Positions 1 to 11,915 are shown, counted from the first letter of the stretch. The stretch: DNA of 64,000 bases from Octopus sinensis (GCF_006345805.1 NC_043021.1:17980001-18044000); one strand, 5' to 3'. The notes: generated from the sequence alone by a model not told the origin. Numbers and translations: made by a program.

Positions 1-48
1 TATGACCGCGTGTCCACTGCCCTAACCACTGGGCCATTGCGCCTCCAC
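1..48 (-). mobile_element. 5' tRNA-like head of a SINE family D copy, cut by the window edge
   Basis: Near-identical to 60211-60258 (tatgaccgcg..ccctaaccactgggccattgcgcctccac). Confidence 0.85.
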
Positions 49-659
49 CTTCAAAACAAAATAGTAACTCCAACATAACATAATCCCATCCATTCCATCG
101 TGGAAGAAAAGTAGATATAAAACATTAATTAGAAATATCTAAAATATCTTTATAATTTATATTTTATAAAACAAAAAATTGATGGATTATGATCTTGTGA
201 GTTCATATTTATAATAAAGTATGTTTTAAAATCTGAGCAGGACACTTAATTCCAAATTCTTCGGTCCACCAGTCCGGCAAAATAGACACTAATTCTGAAG
301 AAAAGCTAACTTTCCCTGTGATATTTAACAATTTTTTTCATGAAATCATTAATTCTTTTTACGACAATTTTCATTTTTCAAACATTACCAAATATAGCTA
401 ATTAGTAATTTCTATCGAGCTAATTACTAATTTCCATTGAGCTTATCTTCCTATTCTTTTAATTTGATTGAACTCAAATTAAGGAATTTCTTTAACTCAA
501 TTTGTTTTCTTGTCAGGATTTAATAATACAATGTTTTATCTGTGTTTAATGACTGATGTATTTTATTGTCACTTTAATGTTAAAAACATAGCAAACTTTT
601 TTTGTCAAGCAATAGACTGCTCTACCTCTGTCATCATATTTTCTTCTATTATTAGCATC

Positions 660-1365
660 AAGGAGGGCAGCAAGATTACATAAAATGCTTAGTGATATTT
701 CTCAACTCTTTACATTCTTAGTTTAGATACTGCCTAGGTTGATCTGGCCTTTCATCAGTAAAATAAGTACTAAATGTTGAAGTTGATGAAATTGACTCCT
801 CTTCCCCTCAAAATTGTTGGGCTTGTCTCAAAAATTAGAATCATTAGCACCAATGTAAGGCACTGGAGTGGCTGAATTATTAGGGTGGCTGACAAAAGTG
901 TCTTGTTTCAGCTCTTTACATTCCAAGTTCAATTCTTGCCAAGTTTTGGGTTTAATGGCATCACCTAACACCTTCACCTCCTCCCAAAATGTCAGGCCTT
1001 GTGCCTTTATAAGAAACATTTATTAGCACCAAAGTAGGGTAATAGAAGATAGGATTAGTATGATGCTGGGCAAATGCTTTGTGCTCTTACATCACTTAAC
1101 ATTTTGTGTTCAATTCCTATTGGATTTGACTTTTTGCCTTTCATCTTTCAACTCTCTACTGACACTAAAATGGTGGGGTGATAGAAAAGGTGGAACACCA
1201 GGCAAGATGTCCTGCTCTGTTTTGCTGCATCCTGTGTGTGAAAACCTGGTATTCACTTTGTTTATCATTGCTCTGGGCTACATTAGATTTACACTAGTGA
1301 AGTCCTGGAGTTTGCTTTGATTATATTCCTCTCTCAAAATTCATTTCCTTGCGCCAAATTCTCGA
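660..1365 (+). mobile_element. About 4 head-to-tail degenerate SINE-C copies (older C2 tail variant)
   Basis: Repeated aaatgctt...gttc/ttcatc...aagtac...ccctcaaaatt..ggccttgtgcc modules resembling 47497-47672. Confidence 0.55.
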
Positions 1366-2529
1366 CACTGTTGATGCTAGGGCCTTCACTAATAGGCCTT
1401 TCTTAACAGTTGTTTCTAAAGTATACCCCTCCCTACTATCTCCCTTACCTGTATATGAAGAGATTAAAGATAAGAGCCATCTCATCCAAGCCTAATTTAC
1501 CTGTAGATTGTATTATTATGAAGTCAGGAAGTCTTCATAGTGTCATTGTGTGCAGTTACTGATATTGTCTGATATTGCAGTCTACATTATTGTCACACTG
1601 ATGAATTATCATTCAGGCTTCCTTGGTTCTAATTTAACTTTTGTTTTGCTCTGTGGATTAAGCTGATCACAAATAGATTATTTATAAGATTTGTTTATAA
1701 TGAACTATTCTTGAGAGAAGACATTTGATGTTTCCATGGTTGCTTGTGGAAGACACAGTAAAAAGTTACTTTCTCCATTATGTATTTTGTCTTAGAAAAA
1801 CAACAGTAATAAGTGGAATCTTTTGCAAAGGCATCAAATAATTGTTTTCAAAAGAGGAAGGTATACAAAGGATTGAATTGAAACTGTTCTGGTAATTATT
1901 TTATGGAATGGTGGAAAGTGTAGTAACTATAATTATTCCAATGTACTACAAAAAAACTATATTGTACAGCAAACTACAATGTGCAATACAGGCTATAATT
2001 ATTTGCATGCACAACACAAACTTTAATGCACAGCATACAGTGTAATTATTTGTATGTGCAACTGTAACTATATTGTGCAGTACTGGCTCGAATGACAGGT
2101 TTGATGCAAATGAGTTGAGGAGAAAGCCTGTGTCTTCTGGAGAGATAGTAGTGTATCCTGGAGGAATGGTTGAGATGCCAGGAGAGGTAACAGTATCCCA
2201 GCATGATGACTTATATAATCTGGAGAAATGAGGACAGCTGACTCCTGTAAAAGTGAGTGAGCAGGGTGCTGTGTATGCGGTAGGGCAGCCATGTAGCCAG
2301 AGGAAATAGCAGTGCAACCAAGAGGGATAAACTGGGTAGCCAAGAAAGGTACTACAAAATTAGGAGGCAGGCCATGTAGCAAGGCAATAAGATTTGTGCA
2401 GTTTGGGGGAAATGGCCTTATTGTCAAGAGGGATGATTGCATAGCCGAAGAGATCACCATTAAACCAGAAAAGATGACTATGTAGTGAGGAGATGATTGT
2501 ATTACAGTTAAGCGATGCAATATGAGAAT

Positions 2530-2635
2530 CTCACTGTGGTTACTGACTTGCCAGAAATAGCTATCAAATCTCCCTCAAATCACTGTCTAGTGTCTTAGAA
2601 AGGGATTGGTCTGCTTGACTTGGGGCTAAATAGCC
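2530..2635 (+). repeat. Repeat family E copy, internally deleted
   Basis: gaaatagctatcaaatctccctcaaatcac...ttggggctaaa matches the E consensus. Confidence 0.6.
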
Positions 2636-3221
2636 ACATGTCCAGTGAGTTGTGTTTTATAAGAGACTCAGCACTATATCAGTAAGTAATATGATATGAA
2701 TTGGCTATCTTTTGACCAGTAGACTAACACTCTTTATCAAACAATTAGGAAGGAAATTTTTCAAAATTTCTTCTATCACCTCTTAGAATTGGTGGTGTTA
2801 ACTTAATATTAATAGCTAAGCACACATTTCTTTGTAATGAGGCTACCTTAAATTTGCTGCTAAATTTTATGATGTAATCATATTTGTGATATTCACAATT
2901 ATTGATTTTCTTTTTTTTTTTCTCTCAATAATATAAATTAGGATTATACACAGTAAATTCATCAATTAACTTTTTATTGGTAATGATTGGCTGTTTATTG
3001 GCCTACTAGAGACAGACAGAGCTAATCTATTTGTTATTTGAAATACAATGTCTAATCTATGAATTACTAATTCTGTAAAATGTAAACTAATCTACTAGTG
3101 ACCAACTAAAACCATTATGAAGTTATTTGGTAGTCAAAACAACTTATTTATTTTTATATTCCTCTGTTTTTTTTGTTCATATGTTAAATTTTTCTCTTCA
3201 TTGATTACCATTATTGAAAGG

Positions 3222-3415
3222 TGGTGGTTTTATCCCAGGTTAGTTCTGTGCCAGCAGATCTTTGATCAAAGGATGTTCCATTTGTGACCATCTATACTGG
3301 GGGCTTCATTATCCAATGTCTTTTTTTAATTGAAAACAATAGGATGTGATCTAAGAATGATTTGGTTGCTATTTTTAGTATGTCAAGTGACCACTTTGTG
3401 TCAAAGCTCCATCAT
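3222..3415 (-). repeat. Repeat family E copy
   Basis: cccaggt..gcagatctttgatcaaagg..gtgaccatc..cattatccaatgt..gatttggttgctatttttag. Confidence 0.65.
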
Positions 3416-3558
3416 TGAAGGTTTTGCAGTGTATTACAGCTTAACAAGTTTTTCAAAATATCAAGTAGATCCCGAGCAAATCATTAAATTGCATCTGATG
3501 CTGAGGGTCCAGTTTGGAAGTTCAGGAGTTTTGGAGAAGTGTGGAATTACTTTTTAGT

Positions 3559-3675
3559 CATCCCCCACTAATTTGTTCATTCTGGCTCAAGGTGGTGGAA
3601 CATATAAAGGGTTCCACATCCCCCACTAATTTGTTCATTCTGGCTCAAGGTGGTGGAACATATAAAAGGGTTCCA
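3559..3675. repeat. 58-bp direct tandem duplication
   Basis: 3559-3616 and 3617-3675 are identical except for one extra A. Confidence 0.95.
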
Positions 3676-4027
3676 GTTATGGATTAAATAACAGAAAATG
3701 GTCCTGTGGCCAAGGCAAACAAGATTCTGGGGAGGGCTAACCTGCTAGACACGTGTCACTCATGCCCACCATTCAGGACATTCTTTGATGTCACATAAAT
3801 TAGGTCCTGTGCTTCAAGAGTAGGCTCAAGAGAACAAAAGACTAGCAGAGTAAACTGTAAATAAAATGGCAAACAGCAATGGGAAACTACTGCTGTATTT
3901 TTCTCAAGGAAAATGTGAATTCTTTGGATTTTGACATGGAGGTTGCTGATATTTGTAGGCATGACACCTGAAAAAGAAGTAAATCAATGATACTTCTTTA
4001 GTTCGATAGGAAACTATTCTATTACAG

Positions 4028-4405
4028 GTTGTTAACTATTTAGCTCTTGAACAGCTCTGATCTAGCACACTTATGATATCAAAGAAGTTCCAGCCATGAC
4101 CATCTCATCTTTTACTCAATATGTGTCTACAACTAAATTATTTGGTATGTCTTTCCTTTTAAGGAGGTAGGATTCAGTTTTTGAGGGAAATTTTTCTGTT
4201 TCTACATTTGAGGTTTACTCTTTGGTTACCACAGTTTGTTAATGGTATTGTTGAATAGACCTAGGGTCAAAGCATTTCAGCCGTGACCATCTCATTTGTT
4301 TTTACAGACACAGTGCATCTAGGACTACATTAATGTATCTCATTTTTAAAATACTAAGGTGATATTAGGAAGATTCAGCTGCTATTTCTAGCATATGGAG
4401 GTTGC
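4028..4405 (-). repeat. Two adjacent family E copies
   Basis: ttccagccatgaccatctc / atttcagccgtgaccatctc...ggactacatt...gctgctatttctagca. Confidence 0.6.
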
Positions 4406-4464
4406 TTATTTAGCCTACAAGAATTTGGGAGTTCAGTACTGCAAGCTTAATTTCATGCTACATG

Positions 4465-5040
4465 AAGACATGTAGTCCAGTGGTTGAGGTGTGGGCTCAC
4501 AGTCGGGAAATTGCAAGTTCAGTTTTCCACCACATTGGAGCACTATGTTGCTCCGGCCTACTCAGCTGAAATGAGTACCAGCAGTTGCTGGGAGTTAATC
4601 TAATAGTGGACTGGCATCCCACCAGGAGAGTCATCTTGTACTCTTGCTTCTGCACCTTTCAAACTAGAATGCTGAGACCCTCTTCGGTCATGACTGACCA
4701 TGGATTGCACCTAGAAAGTTACCCTCCTAGGCACAAGTCTGGGCAAGGTTGTTTATGGAAGTCCAGCAGTCACCCATGCATGCCGGCCTCCCCTCTCCAC
4801 ACCACCAGTGTTATCCAAGGGAAAGGCAAAGGGGCCGATACAGCTTGACACCTGTGATGTCGCAACTCATTTCTACAGCTAAGTGAACTGGAGCAACATG
4901 AAATAAAGTGTCTTGCTCAAGAACACAACACGCAGCCCGGTCCGGGATTTGAACTCACTACCTCATGATCATAAGCTCGACGCTCTAATCACTGAGCCAT
5001 GCGCCTTCACTAACTAGAATAAGCTCCAACATAATGAGCC
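4465..5040 (+). mobile_element. Old tRNA-derived SINE with V-SINE-like central motif, split by a SINE-F insertion
   Basis: tagtccagtggttg head, ctcagctgaaatgagtacc and gtggactggcatcccaccagg motifs; resumes at about 5021 (aagctcc..tgagcc). Confidence 0.5.
4673..5010 (-). mobile_element. SINE family F, full-length, tRNA head
   Basis: Minus strand has A box TGGCTCAGTGATT and B box GTTCAAATCC, then gtgttgtgttcttgagcaagacactt. Flanked by aactagaat (4662-4670 and 5012-5020). Second copy at 41588-41917. Confidence 0.85.
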
Positions 5041-5042
5041 TT

Positions 5043-5260
5043 TTAACCCTTTTGTTACTGTATTTATTTTGAGATGCTCTGTGTTTCTTTCAATTACTTT
5101 AAATATAACAAAGAATTTAGTAAAATAACTTAGTTATCATTAAGTGTTAGGAACATAAATTGTGACTAAGGTTTGATGGAAGATTTTAATTCAAAGTTTA
5201 TGAAAACAAGATATTTTTACTCAGAGCCGGTTTCAGCCGGGTTGGTAACGAAAGGGTTAA
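5043..5260. mobile_element. TTAA-flanked piggyBac-like MITE (family H)
   Basis: ttaa-cccttttgttac ... gtaacgaaaggg-ttaa terminal inverted repeats. Confidence 0.8.
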
Positions 5261-5262
5261 CC

Positions 5263-5481
5263 CAGTGCTTTTCAAACGTTTTGCTGGAGCGGAACCCCAA
5301 GGAAACATTCCACTGGCTCGAGGAACCCCTGTGCAATAATTTAATAGTCTTATGCACACATATCTGCACAGGAGAATTAAAAATTACTGCCGATTTTAGC
5401 AGTTTTGTAACTTCTTGCGGAATCCCTGGACTGTACTGGCGGAACCCTAAGGTTCCGCGGAACACTGGTTGAAAACCACTG
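5263..5481. mobile_element. hAT (Charlie-like) MITE
   Basis: TIRs cagtgcttttcaaac / ggttgaaaaccactg; exact 8-bp TSD ggttaacc at 5255-5262 and 5482-5489; subterminal ggaaccc motifs. Confidence 0.88.
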
Positions 5482-6054
5482 GGTTAACCTATTATTTACA
5501 TTGGTATTTTATATATCTCCCTCTGGTGGTATTTGTAACAAGGTGAAATGGGTAAATGTTCCTGTCAGGGGGCAGTGCTGTTGACAAGCTATGCATTTTC
5601 AATCCTTTACAAATTGTTTAACTGTGACTGTCTACAGTGAAGTTTGATAATGTTCGGGAAACACATGTAATCATAGATATAATATTTGTCTTTTCATTTC
5701 AATGAATTAATTTTATTATTTCCAAATTATTCTATAAGATGTAATCAAATGATAGTAATTATATTTCATTTTCTGTTTTTACTCATTAATTGTAGACTTC
5801 ACAAAATTTCTAAGAGTTGGATTTCTTTTTACAAAACACACATACTAAATAAATTAGGTATTATTTTGGTATTACATCGATGACAATATGATTTTATATT
5901 TTGTTCTGCTGTTCTGAATTTGTCAGCTGGATTAGATTAAGCTGATTTAAATTGATTTAATAGTTTTTATTGTTTGTTTGTGAAATGCTTTAAAATTTAG
6001 CATGACAAATATGATTAAATATCTTAGAAATACATTGACTGAATGATAGCTTTG

Positions 6055-6670
6055 TATGTACAGATATGTGTGTGTGTGAGTGTGTATGTATATATATGTA
6101 TATATGTGTGTATATATATGTATATATGTGTGTGTATATATATGTGTATGTATATGTGTATATATATACGTATATATGTGTGTATATATACGTATATATG
6201 TGTGTATATATACGTATATATGTGTGTATATATACGTATATATGCGTGTATATACTTATATATGCGTGTATATATACGTATATATGCGTGTATATATATA
6301 TGTATATATATACGTATATATGCGTGTATATATACGTATATATGCATGTATATATACGTATATATGTATGTGTATGTATATGTGTATATACGTTTATATA
6401 TATGTATATACGTTTATATATATATATATATGTATATACGTTTATATATATATATATTTGTATATACGTTTATACATATATGTATATACGTTTATATATA
6501 TATATATTTGTATATACGTTTATACATATATGTATATATGTTTATATATATATGTATATATGTGTGTATATATACGTATATATGCATGTATATATACGTA
6601 TATATGTGTATATATATACGTATATATGCATGTATATATACGTATATATGTGTGTTTATATATGTATATG
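6055..6670. repeat. Compound (TA)/(TG) microsatellite evolving into a ~20-bp minisatellite
   Basis: Recurring gtgtatatatacgtatatat and gtatatacgtttatata units; explains the I/Y/V/C-rich ORFs. Confidence 0.95.
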
Positions 6671-6966
6671 TAGGTTTAATTGTATGAATGAATGTGTGTA
6701 TTTGTGCAAATAAAAGTACTCTGTATTTATTCCCTTTTGCTTTCAAGATTTAAACTGAACTGACTTTTAATTGAATAGATTTTGATTTATTGTTGGCTGT
6801 TGCTGAGTAGTTCCATCAGGTTCTGGCTGATCTGGTATATAACATTTGATCAAGTTTTCAGGTTATAGCTATTGTTTCTTCATCAGACACATGTTTCCCC
6901 CTAAGATTTAGAATTTTAAAAACTCCCCTCTCTCTAATTTCATGAAATGTTTGAGGTAGATTTGAA

Positions 6967-7248
6967 TCATCATCATCATCATCATTTAGCGTCCACTTTC
7001 CATGCTAGCATGGGTTGGACGGTTCAACTGGGGTCTGTGAAGCCAAAAGGCTGCATCAGGCCCAGTCTGATCTGGCAGTGTTTCTACGGCTGGATGCCCT
7101 TCCTAACGCCAACCACTCCGTGAGTGTAGTGGGTGCTTTTTACGTGCCACCTGCACAGGAGCCAGACGGAGCTGGCAAACGGCCACGGACGGATGGTGCT
7201 TTTTACGTGCCACTGGCACGGGGGCCAGGTGAGGCTGGCAACGGCCAA
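6967..7248 (-). mobile_element. SINE family B copy with (GAT)n tail
   Basis: Highly similar to 38768-39126 and to the reverse complement of 17873-18184. Confidence 0.9.
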
Positions 7249-7252
7249 TATG

Positions 7253-7261
<9 letters not shown>

Positions 7262-7284
<23 letters not shown>

Positions 7285-7395
7285 CGTCTGTACTTGCGCC
7301 CCCAACATCGCCTAACAACCGATGCTGGCGCGTTCACACCCCCGCAACCTAGCGGTTCGGCAAAAGAGACCGACAGTCCAAGCACCGGGCCTAAA
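7262..7395 (+). mobile_element. Internal SINE-A fragment with strong T>C excess
   Basis: Aligns to about 12114-12225 with 15 T>C changes versus the family consensus. Confidence 0.85.
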
Positions 7396-7702
7396 AAAAA
7401 AACAAAAAAACACTATGAATGACTATCTAAATGTTTATCTCTAACATCAATATGATTGCAGGTTAAGGCAGCTAATACATATTTTCATATTTTGTTAGAA
7501 AAATAAACACACTCACACAAAAAACACCTTTGTGTTTTTTTCTAATAAGGCCTGTCTGCAGCTAAAGAAAGATCTCAAAGCAAATGAACAGATAATTATT
7601 CATTGCTAGGAATATAGCTCAAGCTTATCCAAAAACCCAGTCTTCAGTGACACCACTAATAATAACGTATATAAATGAGATATCTTTTTGTAAAATGTTA
7701 CA

Positions 7703-7865
7703 TCATCATCATAATCATCATCACTAAATGTCCCTTTTTCCCTACTGGTATGTGTTGGACAGTTTGACCAAAGCTGGTGAGCCAGAGTACTGCACCAGGT
7801 TCCATCGTCTGCTTTGGCATGGTTTCTACTGCTGGATACCCTTCCTAATACTAACCACTTAATGT
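7703..7865 (-). mobile_element. Degenerate SINE-B
   Basis: catcatc tail, gttggacagtttgac, gctggatacccttcctaatactaacc. Confidence 0.65.
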
Positions 7866-7974
7866 GTACTGTTAGAGCAAGGCTTCCTCCTTGATAATCT
7901 TCATAATGCTCCCCACTTAACTGTGGAGTGGAACAAGATATCGATTACCATGTTGTATCCTGGCAGGTTACAAT

Positions 7975-8350
7975 ATGATGGTATCATGTGGTTAAGATGT
8001 TTGTTTCATATTCTCAGGATTCTGGGTTTAGTCCTCTGCAGAGCACCTTGGCCAAGAATCTTCTACCAGAGTCTTGGAGCAACACAGCTGTGGTGTCACT
8101 GAAATTTGGTAAATGGAAATTGTGGTGAAGCCTGTTGGAAGTTCGTGTCTGTATCTATTAATGAGCCATAGAAGACTCAGTGTGTCAAACAAAAATACCT
8201 TGTAATAATTACTTCTGTCTTTAACACTCTAGTCGCTTTTGCTTTTCACTCTTATGAGATCACCAGAATAAATAGTAGGAAAATCAGCTAAAGTTCTTGA
8301 AGGTTGTACCCCAGCATGGCCACAATACAATGACTAAAAGGAGTAAAAGA
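7975..8350 (+). mobile_element. Degenerate SINE-A-like copy
   Basis: gtggttaagatgtttg..gcaccttggccaag..tttggtaaatggaaat..cccagcatggccacaatacaatgactaaa. Confidence 0.55.
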
Positions 8351-8859
8351 ACATAAGTAGTATAGATAATCTAGCCAATATTTTGCAATACCATTAACAC
8401 AGTGAAGTCTTTTATATTGTTCTGAATCCTTACTGATTGTTATCAAAGAATCTCAAACTTGAACGATCTCTTATCTTCACATTTGCTGAGGGAAAAAATC
8501 TCTTCTTGTTGCTAACATCTCCAATGACTACGCATTTCCATCAGAATAATCATTGTAAGGTTGCACACTTGTCACTTAAACTGTACATAGTCAGAGACAA
8601 ATTACATTAATGTAGACACCTACACACTGCCTCTTAATCTCTATTCTTCATATAATCCTTGTTTTCATAGGAACATAGGCAATTAAGACTGGATATGATA
8701 ATTTCTTTTTTTACTTTTCTTCATGCAGTTGTAATAATGATACTTCCTAAAGACTCCTCCATTTACATAGAAAACTACCCTTGACACTGTCACATATAAT
8801 ACATAATATTTTAACATGTATATAAGACATAGTAGTGTTTATACTCAATTGTTGGTATT

Positions 8860-9870
8860 GTTCTTCTGCTCTGGGTCAGTATTCCAATGTTCAAAAATAT
8901 TCCAGCCATGACCATCCCGTCTTTTTAGGGTTATCAAAGATGACATTATCTAATGTGCACCTGTTCTTGATTAAGACAGTAGGATTTGATTTGAGGGAAA
9001 TTTGTCTTTTGTTTCTAGCATGCTGAATAAGGATGTAGAGATTCTTTCATGCGTTCATTTATTTCTAGTACTTTCTCAGGTGGTGGTGGGGTTTGGGGTG
9101 GGTCATCCTCTCTGATTAAAATAAATCTTGGGGTAACAAATGGTCTCTAGGACAAGGAAAAATAAGTATCAATTAATCCTGTCAACTTAATTATGTTTGA
9201 CAGACTATAAAGGTGCTTATCACCTAGTTTCTGTAATTTTAAGAGAATGAGAAACAAATATGTTTATGGACAGGGTGCTAAAGTCTGTTGGCAATAACTT
9301 TCCCAAAGTAAGCCGGGTAATTATAATCCAGCTGGGTAAACTGAGGTGAGTGGAATTGTTGTTTAGTCTTAAGATAATTCTGATCAAGCAGATCATTTTT
9401 TTTTGTATTTCTCAGACTATTTTGTTTAATATATTCCTTTCTTAAAGTAGTATGTAATGATTTGAGGAAGATTTGTTTGCTATCTCTGGCCAGTTGAAGT
9501 TTCCTCTCTCAAAGATATAACAAAATGACTGTGGTAGACATGAACTAATTATTCATGAACTGATAACCTTATCCAACTTACCATTCAAACTTTTATATTG
9601 TACATGACTCAAACATATCTGCCCTGCAGGACTTAGATCATCAAATATATTTCCTTACCTAATTAATTTTGATTGACAGCTTGTTGATTTTTAGATTTTT
9701 GTCAACTCTCATTAAGTAAGCCTATGATCAAAGGCCTTTTTTGTATAGCTAGAACTACATTATATATAATGTAGAGAGTGAATTTCCAGCTCTGAAGACA
9801 GTAGAGAGTGAATTGAGGTAATTTCACTGCTATTTCTACCAAGGTGAGCAATCATACAGTGGCTCCTTTG
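8860..9870 (-). repeat. Three family E copies (8860-9050, 9356-9510, 9700-9870)
   Basis: ttccagccatgaccatcccgtc, tgatcaagcaga, cctatgatcaaaggc and gatttgagg..gctatttcta motifs. Confidence 0.6.
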
Positions 9871-9916
9871 TGGTTGATGTAATTGGTAGCAGTCATGTAG
9901 TGAGACTACATTATTT

Positions 9917-10124
9917 GTTTCTTTATTACTCACAAGGGGCTAAACACAGAGAGAACAAACAAGGACAGACAAATGGGTTAAGTCGATTACATCGACCCCA
10001 GTGCGTAACTGGTACTTAATTTATCGACCCCCGAAAGGATGAAAGGCAAAGTTGACCTCGGCGGAATTTGAACTCAGAACGTAAAGGCAGACGAAATACA
10101 GCTACGCATTTCGCCCGGTGTGCT
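9917..10124 (-). mobile_element. SINE family C (C1 tail), Nin-domain-like
   Basis: Reverse complement of 19430-19648; core gcctttcatcctttcggggtcgataaattaagtaccag. Confidence 0.88.
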
Positions 10125-10906
10125 ATATTATTGACCTGAAATGGAAAAGGTATGAACTTCACTGCCTCCCATTATGCAAGAAATTTTTCACCTAGCCTAA
10201 GAAAAGCACTATGCCTTGTGCTTGTGTGCATATATGCATTCATACATCACACATGCACACACACACACACACATACACATTCACTCTTCAATGTGAAGAT
10301 GTTTATCTTGTTGAAGTTCATCACCTCATGAGCAAACAAATAGGATTATTGCACTTTTCATAGGATATGGCTTAGCAATCTGTGTTTTCTGTTTTCCATT
10401 CCAAATAATTCATACAAACTCTCCATAAGCCGGAAATGGCTTTCTGTGCAATAATACAATCAATTGATTGGTTACCCCTTTCGATGGACTCAAGTAAGGA
10501 AAGCAAATCAATCAAGTAGTTTCTAATAGAAACACACATATCCCCGTGCTTCAGCCAATCCCCAAGCCCCACTCACCCCCACACATCCTCATTAAGGACT
10601 CAAGGCCATGGATCAATATGCTTTGTCATGTCTATCCATCTTATGGATACATAATTATGAGCTTTTTTTTTTTTTCCTTTCCTTTTTTTTCTTTCTTTTT
10701 CTGTAACCCTTAAGCCGCTGAAATATATTGAAGCAGGTTCATGTTGCAAAGCTGATCAATCAATCAATCAATCAATATATACTTTTGTACTTCCGTCCGT
10801 CCATATCTGGAATGTGTGCAAACTGTTGATAGTAAAGGTTGAAATGTATTCTGTGAGTTTGCATAAGTATGTCAGCTACATCAACTACCAAAATAATGTG
10901 GGTTTT

Positions 10907-11125
10907 ATTATTATTATTATTATTATTATAATAATTATTATTATAATAATTATTATTGTTATTATTATTATTATTATTGTTATTATTATTATTATTATTA
11001 TTATAATAATTATTATTATAATAATTATTATTGTTATTATTATTATTATATTATTATTATTATTATTATTATAATTATTATTGTTATTATTATTATTATT
11101 ATTGTTACCTTATTATTATTATTTT
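10907..11125. repeat. (ATT)n microsatellite
   Basis: Direct; gives the poly-Ile ORF. Confidence 0.97.
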
Positions 11126-11201
11126 CATTAATTAGTATTTTATTATGGGAAAGAAATCCCTCGTAAACCAATTATAAACTTGTCAAATAAAAGAATAAAA
11201 A

Positions 11202-11585
11202 TCTTTATATCGAAAAGTAAGGTTGTGTGTCTGTCTCCTACGATTTAGATTCCTAACTACTCCCACATTTTGCGGTGCAGTTTAACCAAAACCGGGTGAT
11301 TCATATCGAGCCCTTCTGGGTATTAGCGCGCGTCTACGATGAGTCTACGATTTAAAAAAAAATTTACCATCATTTTTTTCCATTTTAATGCATTTTTTCG
11401 CTATTATATAAGGGAAGTAACTCTCTAAAAATGTCTACGATGAGTCAACGATTTAAAAAAAATTTACCATCATTTTTTCCCCATTTTTAATGCATTTTTT
11501 TGCTAATTTTTGGCTATAACTCTCTAAAAATGCTTATATAGTTATTTCCCTTACAAACCTGAGCAACGCCGGGCGATACTGCTAG
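11202..11585 (+). mobile_element. Non-autonomous Helitron
   Basis: A|TC 5' end at 11202; subterminal hairpin cctgagcaacgccggg; CTAG|T 3' end at 11582-11586; no TSD or TIR; internal ~100-bp tandem duplication (11332-11432 / 11433-11531). Confidence 0.8.
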
Positions 11586-11677
11586 TAATGAATGTAATAA
11601 GAAACTTTAATATGGTTAATATAATTTTTAAATAGTTATACATATTGATTCCTTCACACCTACACAATCACAAATAC

Positions 11678-11702
11678 AACACACACACACACACACATAC
11701 AC

Positions 11703-11733
<31 letters not shown>

Positions 11734-11760
11734 GATATACAAACACAGATATACAAACAC
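11678..11760. repeat. (CA)n microsatellite
   Basis: Direct. Confidence 0.95.
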
Positions 11761-11915
11761 AAAATGTATGCGCATTTATCATCATCTGGCACTTCCGTTT
11801 GGTTGAAGAATTTCCGTAGGGCACCAATTGGAGACTATTTTTGTAGCACAAATCTGAGGAATTTTCACCAGTATTTCAAGAAAAGAAGCATAATATCTTC
11901 AAGCTGCATCACATG

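Noticed and set aside
1946-2520. Overlapping 123- and 150-aa minus-strand ORFs in GC-richer DNA
   Set aside because: No recognisable motif or splice support; possibly a decayed retroelement but not assignable
6024-6746. Long ORFs of up to 215 aa rich in I/Y/V/C/M; also 10814-11074, 15201-15755 and 54565-54829
   Set aside because: Translations of microsatellite or low-complexity DNA
7015-7422. Recurrent peptide families (MDGSTGVCEA.., MSSDVGGTNT.., MLGGQTQT.., MLAWVGRFDR..) that look like a gene family
   Set aside because: All are antisense read-throughs of SINE-A or SINE-B copies, with no preserved frame
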